Shown here: positions 62,215 to 64,000 of the stretch, piece after piece
Layout of the letters: each line of letters opens with the position of its first letter
How positions within the stretch are numbered: the first letter of the stretch is position 1
Assembly (NCBI GenBank): GCA_037379345.1
Contig: CM074525.1
Span: 24,979,840 to 25,043,839, forward strand
Reading direction: 5' to 3'
Origin: Perna viridis
Taxonomy: Eukaryota
Length of the DNA: 64,000 bases
The notes under the pieces: model-generated
What the model saw: the letters and a program-made list of their open reading frames with translations, nothing else
Told to the model about the DNA's origin: nothing
Database searches by the model: none
Program-made: the position numbers and the translations under genes

Positions 62215-62889
62215 AGTAATCGCTGTGGAAAAAGTGAAATTGTCATAAAGTGTATGACTTCTTGTATCATACTTCATTTTAGCCATGACGTCATCAGCCA
62301 CGATAATTTCAATACTTAGTCGGTCTTGTTAATTCAAAGATACAAATTCCTACCCATCCATGTTGATAAAGAGGATAAAGATACAATTACCAGATTAGCA
62401 TATTAACAAGATCGGATTTGTTTTAAAATTCCGAGATAAAAGTGACGAGCTCGTCTGCTTGACTTCCATTTTGATAATCTTGACAGGGTCATAAGTGCGT
62501 TTAAACCCCCTAAAAGTGTTTCATCACCTTGATACTTGGGCATGTTTGGTCGTCCCCGCCTTTGTTACATTTCAAACATCTCGTTAACATAGAAGTTTGT
62601 GCGATTACACCACAAAATTAGAATAAAACCAATTTTAATATGACGATGAGAAAATTCCCGTGATTGTCTTTGGGCCAGCCATTTGATTTTATTAGAAATG
62701 ATGCTTTTAAACCCTTATTTCCTATTCTCGATTATTGTCATCGTATTTATTAACATCTGACATTTGATTATTTTCCTAGTTTCTTTTCAATTTAATGTAT
62801 TTTTTTTATTTGACAGAAGTGTGTATTCTGTTTTTGTTTGTTTGTTTCTGTTACTACATTCTATTTGTATTTTGATCTAGAAATAAAAT

Positions 62890-63570
62890 TGTAACCTCCG
62901 GAAATAAAATCATAGCAAACCTCTTAGTTAAAATTATAGCAAACCTCTTAGTTAAAATTATAGCAAACCTCTGAGGTAAAATCATAGCAAACATCTGAGG
63001 TAAAATCATTACAAACCTCCTTAGGTATGATTACTAACTCCTGAAATATTATCATAGCAACCTCCCAGGCTGAAGTATAATCATTGCAACCTCCCAGGCT
63101 GAAATATGATCATAGCAACCTCCTAGGCTGAAGGATGATCATAGCAACCTCATAGGCTGACGTATGATCATACATGTAACAACCTCTTTGGCTGAAGTAT
63201 GATCATAACAACCTCCTAGGCTGAAGTATGATTATAGCAACCTCCTAGACTGAAGTATGATCATAGCAACCTCCTAGGCTGAAGGATGATCATAGCAACC
63301 TCATAGGCTGACGTATGATCATACATGTAACAACCTCTTAGGCTGAAGTATGATCATAACAACCTCCTAGGCTGAAGTATGATCATAGCAACCTCCTAGA
63401 CTGAAATATGATCATAGCAACCTCCCAGGCTGAAGTGTAATCATCGCAACCTCCCAGGCTGAAGTATAATCATCGCAACCTCCCAGGCTGAAGTATGATC
63501 ATAGCAACCTCCCATGCTGAAGTATGATCATAGCAAGCTCCTAGGCTGAAGTATGATCACAGCAACAGTA
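62890..63570. repeat. Minisatellite 29 bp, preceded by ~25-bp related units
   Basis: GATCATAGCAACCTCCTAGGCTGAAGTAT. Confidence 0.95.
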
Positions 63571-64000
63571 TATAGATTAGTTACTCCATAGGTGTTAATA
63601 CTTCCCATAAGTTTTTAACCATCTTGTGTCATCCTCGTTGCTAGATAACTTATAGGTAAAGATCTGATCCGATTTTTTTTTGTTTTGTTTCAAAATGTAA
63701 CATTCGGTCATAGTGATTTGTACATGAATGGAATTGGCATGCATTTGACGAGTATGTACAAATTCTAGCTACGTCGCTGTTACAATTACGGATAAAATTA
63801 CTCAATATTGACAACGCTTTTTTCATATTTTTAAATGATTTTGATGCATGTTGTCTGTCGACGTGTCAACTATTTCACTACATATTTTGCTTTCGTTGTT
63901 TCAAAGTAAAGGAATTTTTAAAATATTTAAACAATGGATAACTTTTTGAAAAAAAAAGTTCACCAGCCGAGAATTTAATGTTTCTTTTGTCATTTCTGTA

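Noticed and set aside
61869-62219. 116-aa ORF
   Set aside because: It lies wholly inside the TSD-flanked SINE-like element; the GC-rich non-coding sequence explains the open frame.

Overview
This is AT-rich, repeat-dense eukaryotic DNA with spliceosomal GT-AG introns. The repeat families (Helentron/HINE, Penelope-like RT fragments, RTEX-like LINEs, TIR MITEs, many minisatellites) look like those of an oyster-type bivalve mollusc; this assignment is inference. Most ORFs in the supplied track are spurious. Reading by hand with splice-phase checks gives three gene models. (1) A 4-exon + strand gene with a TATA promoter (4188-7769) encodes a ~152-aa secreted precursor with two CxxxC motifs, a KR site and a C-terminal Gly. 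(2) A + strand gene with at least 5 exons (22868-27095) encodes a single-Sushi/CCP-domain type I membrane protein with a long Gly/Tyr/Arg-rich tail; its first exon is unresolved. (3) A tentative - strand gene 3' end lies at 33326-33937. The rest is transposon remnants and tandem arrays. The most notable non-genic signals are: a TSD-flanked 475-bp retroposon whose head is an RNA pseudoknot rather than a tRNA (61740-62214); a covarying structured-RNA module at the 3' end of ~10 Penelope-like copies; and minisatellites that appear to have arisen from transposon termini. No database searches were possible. Coordinates of degenerate repeats are approximate.
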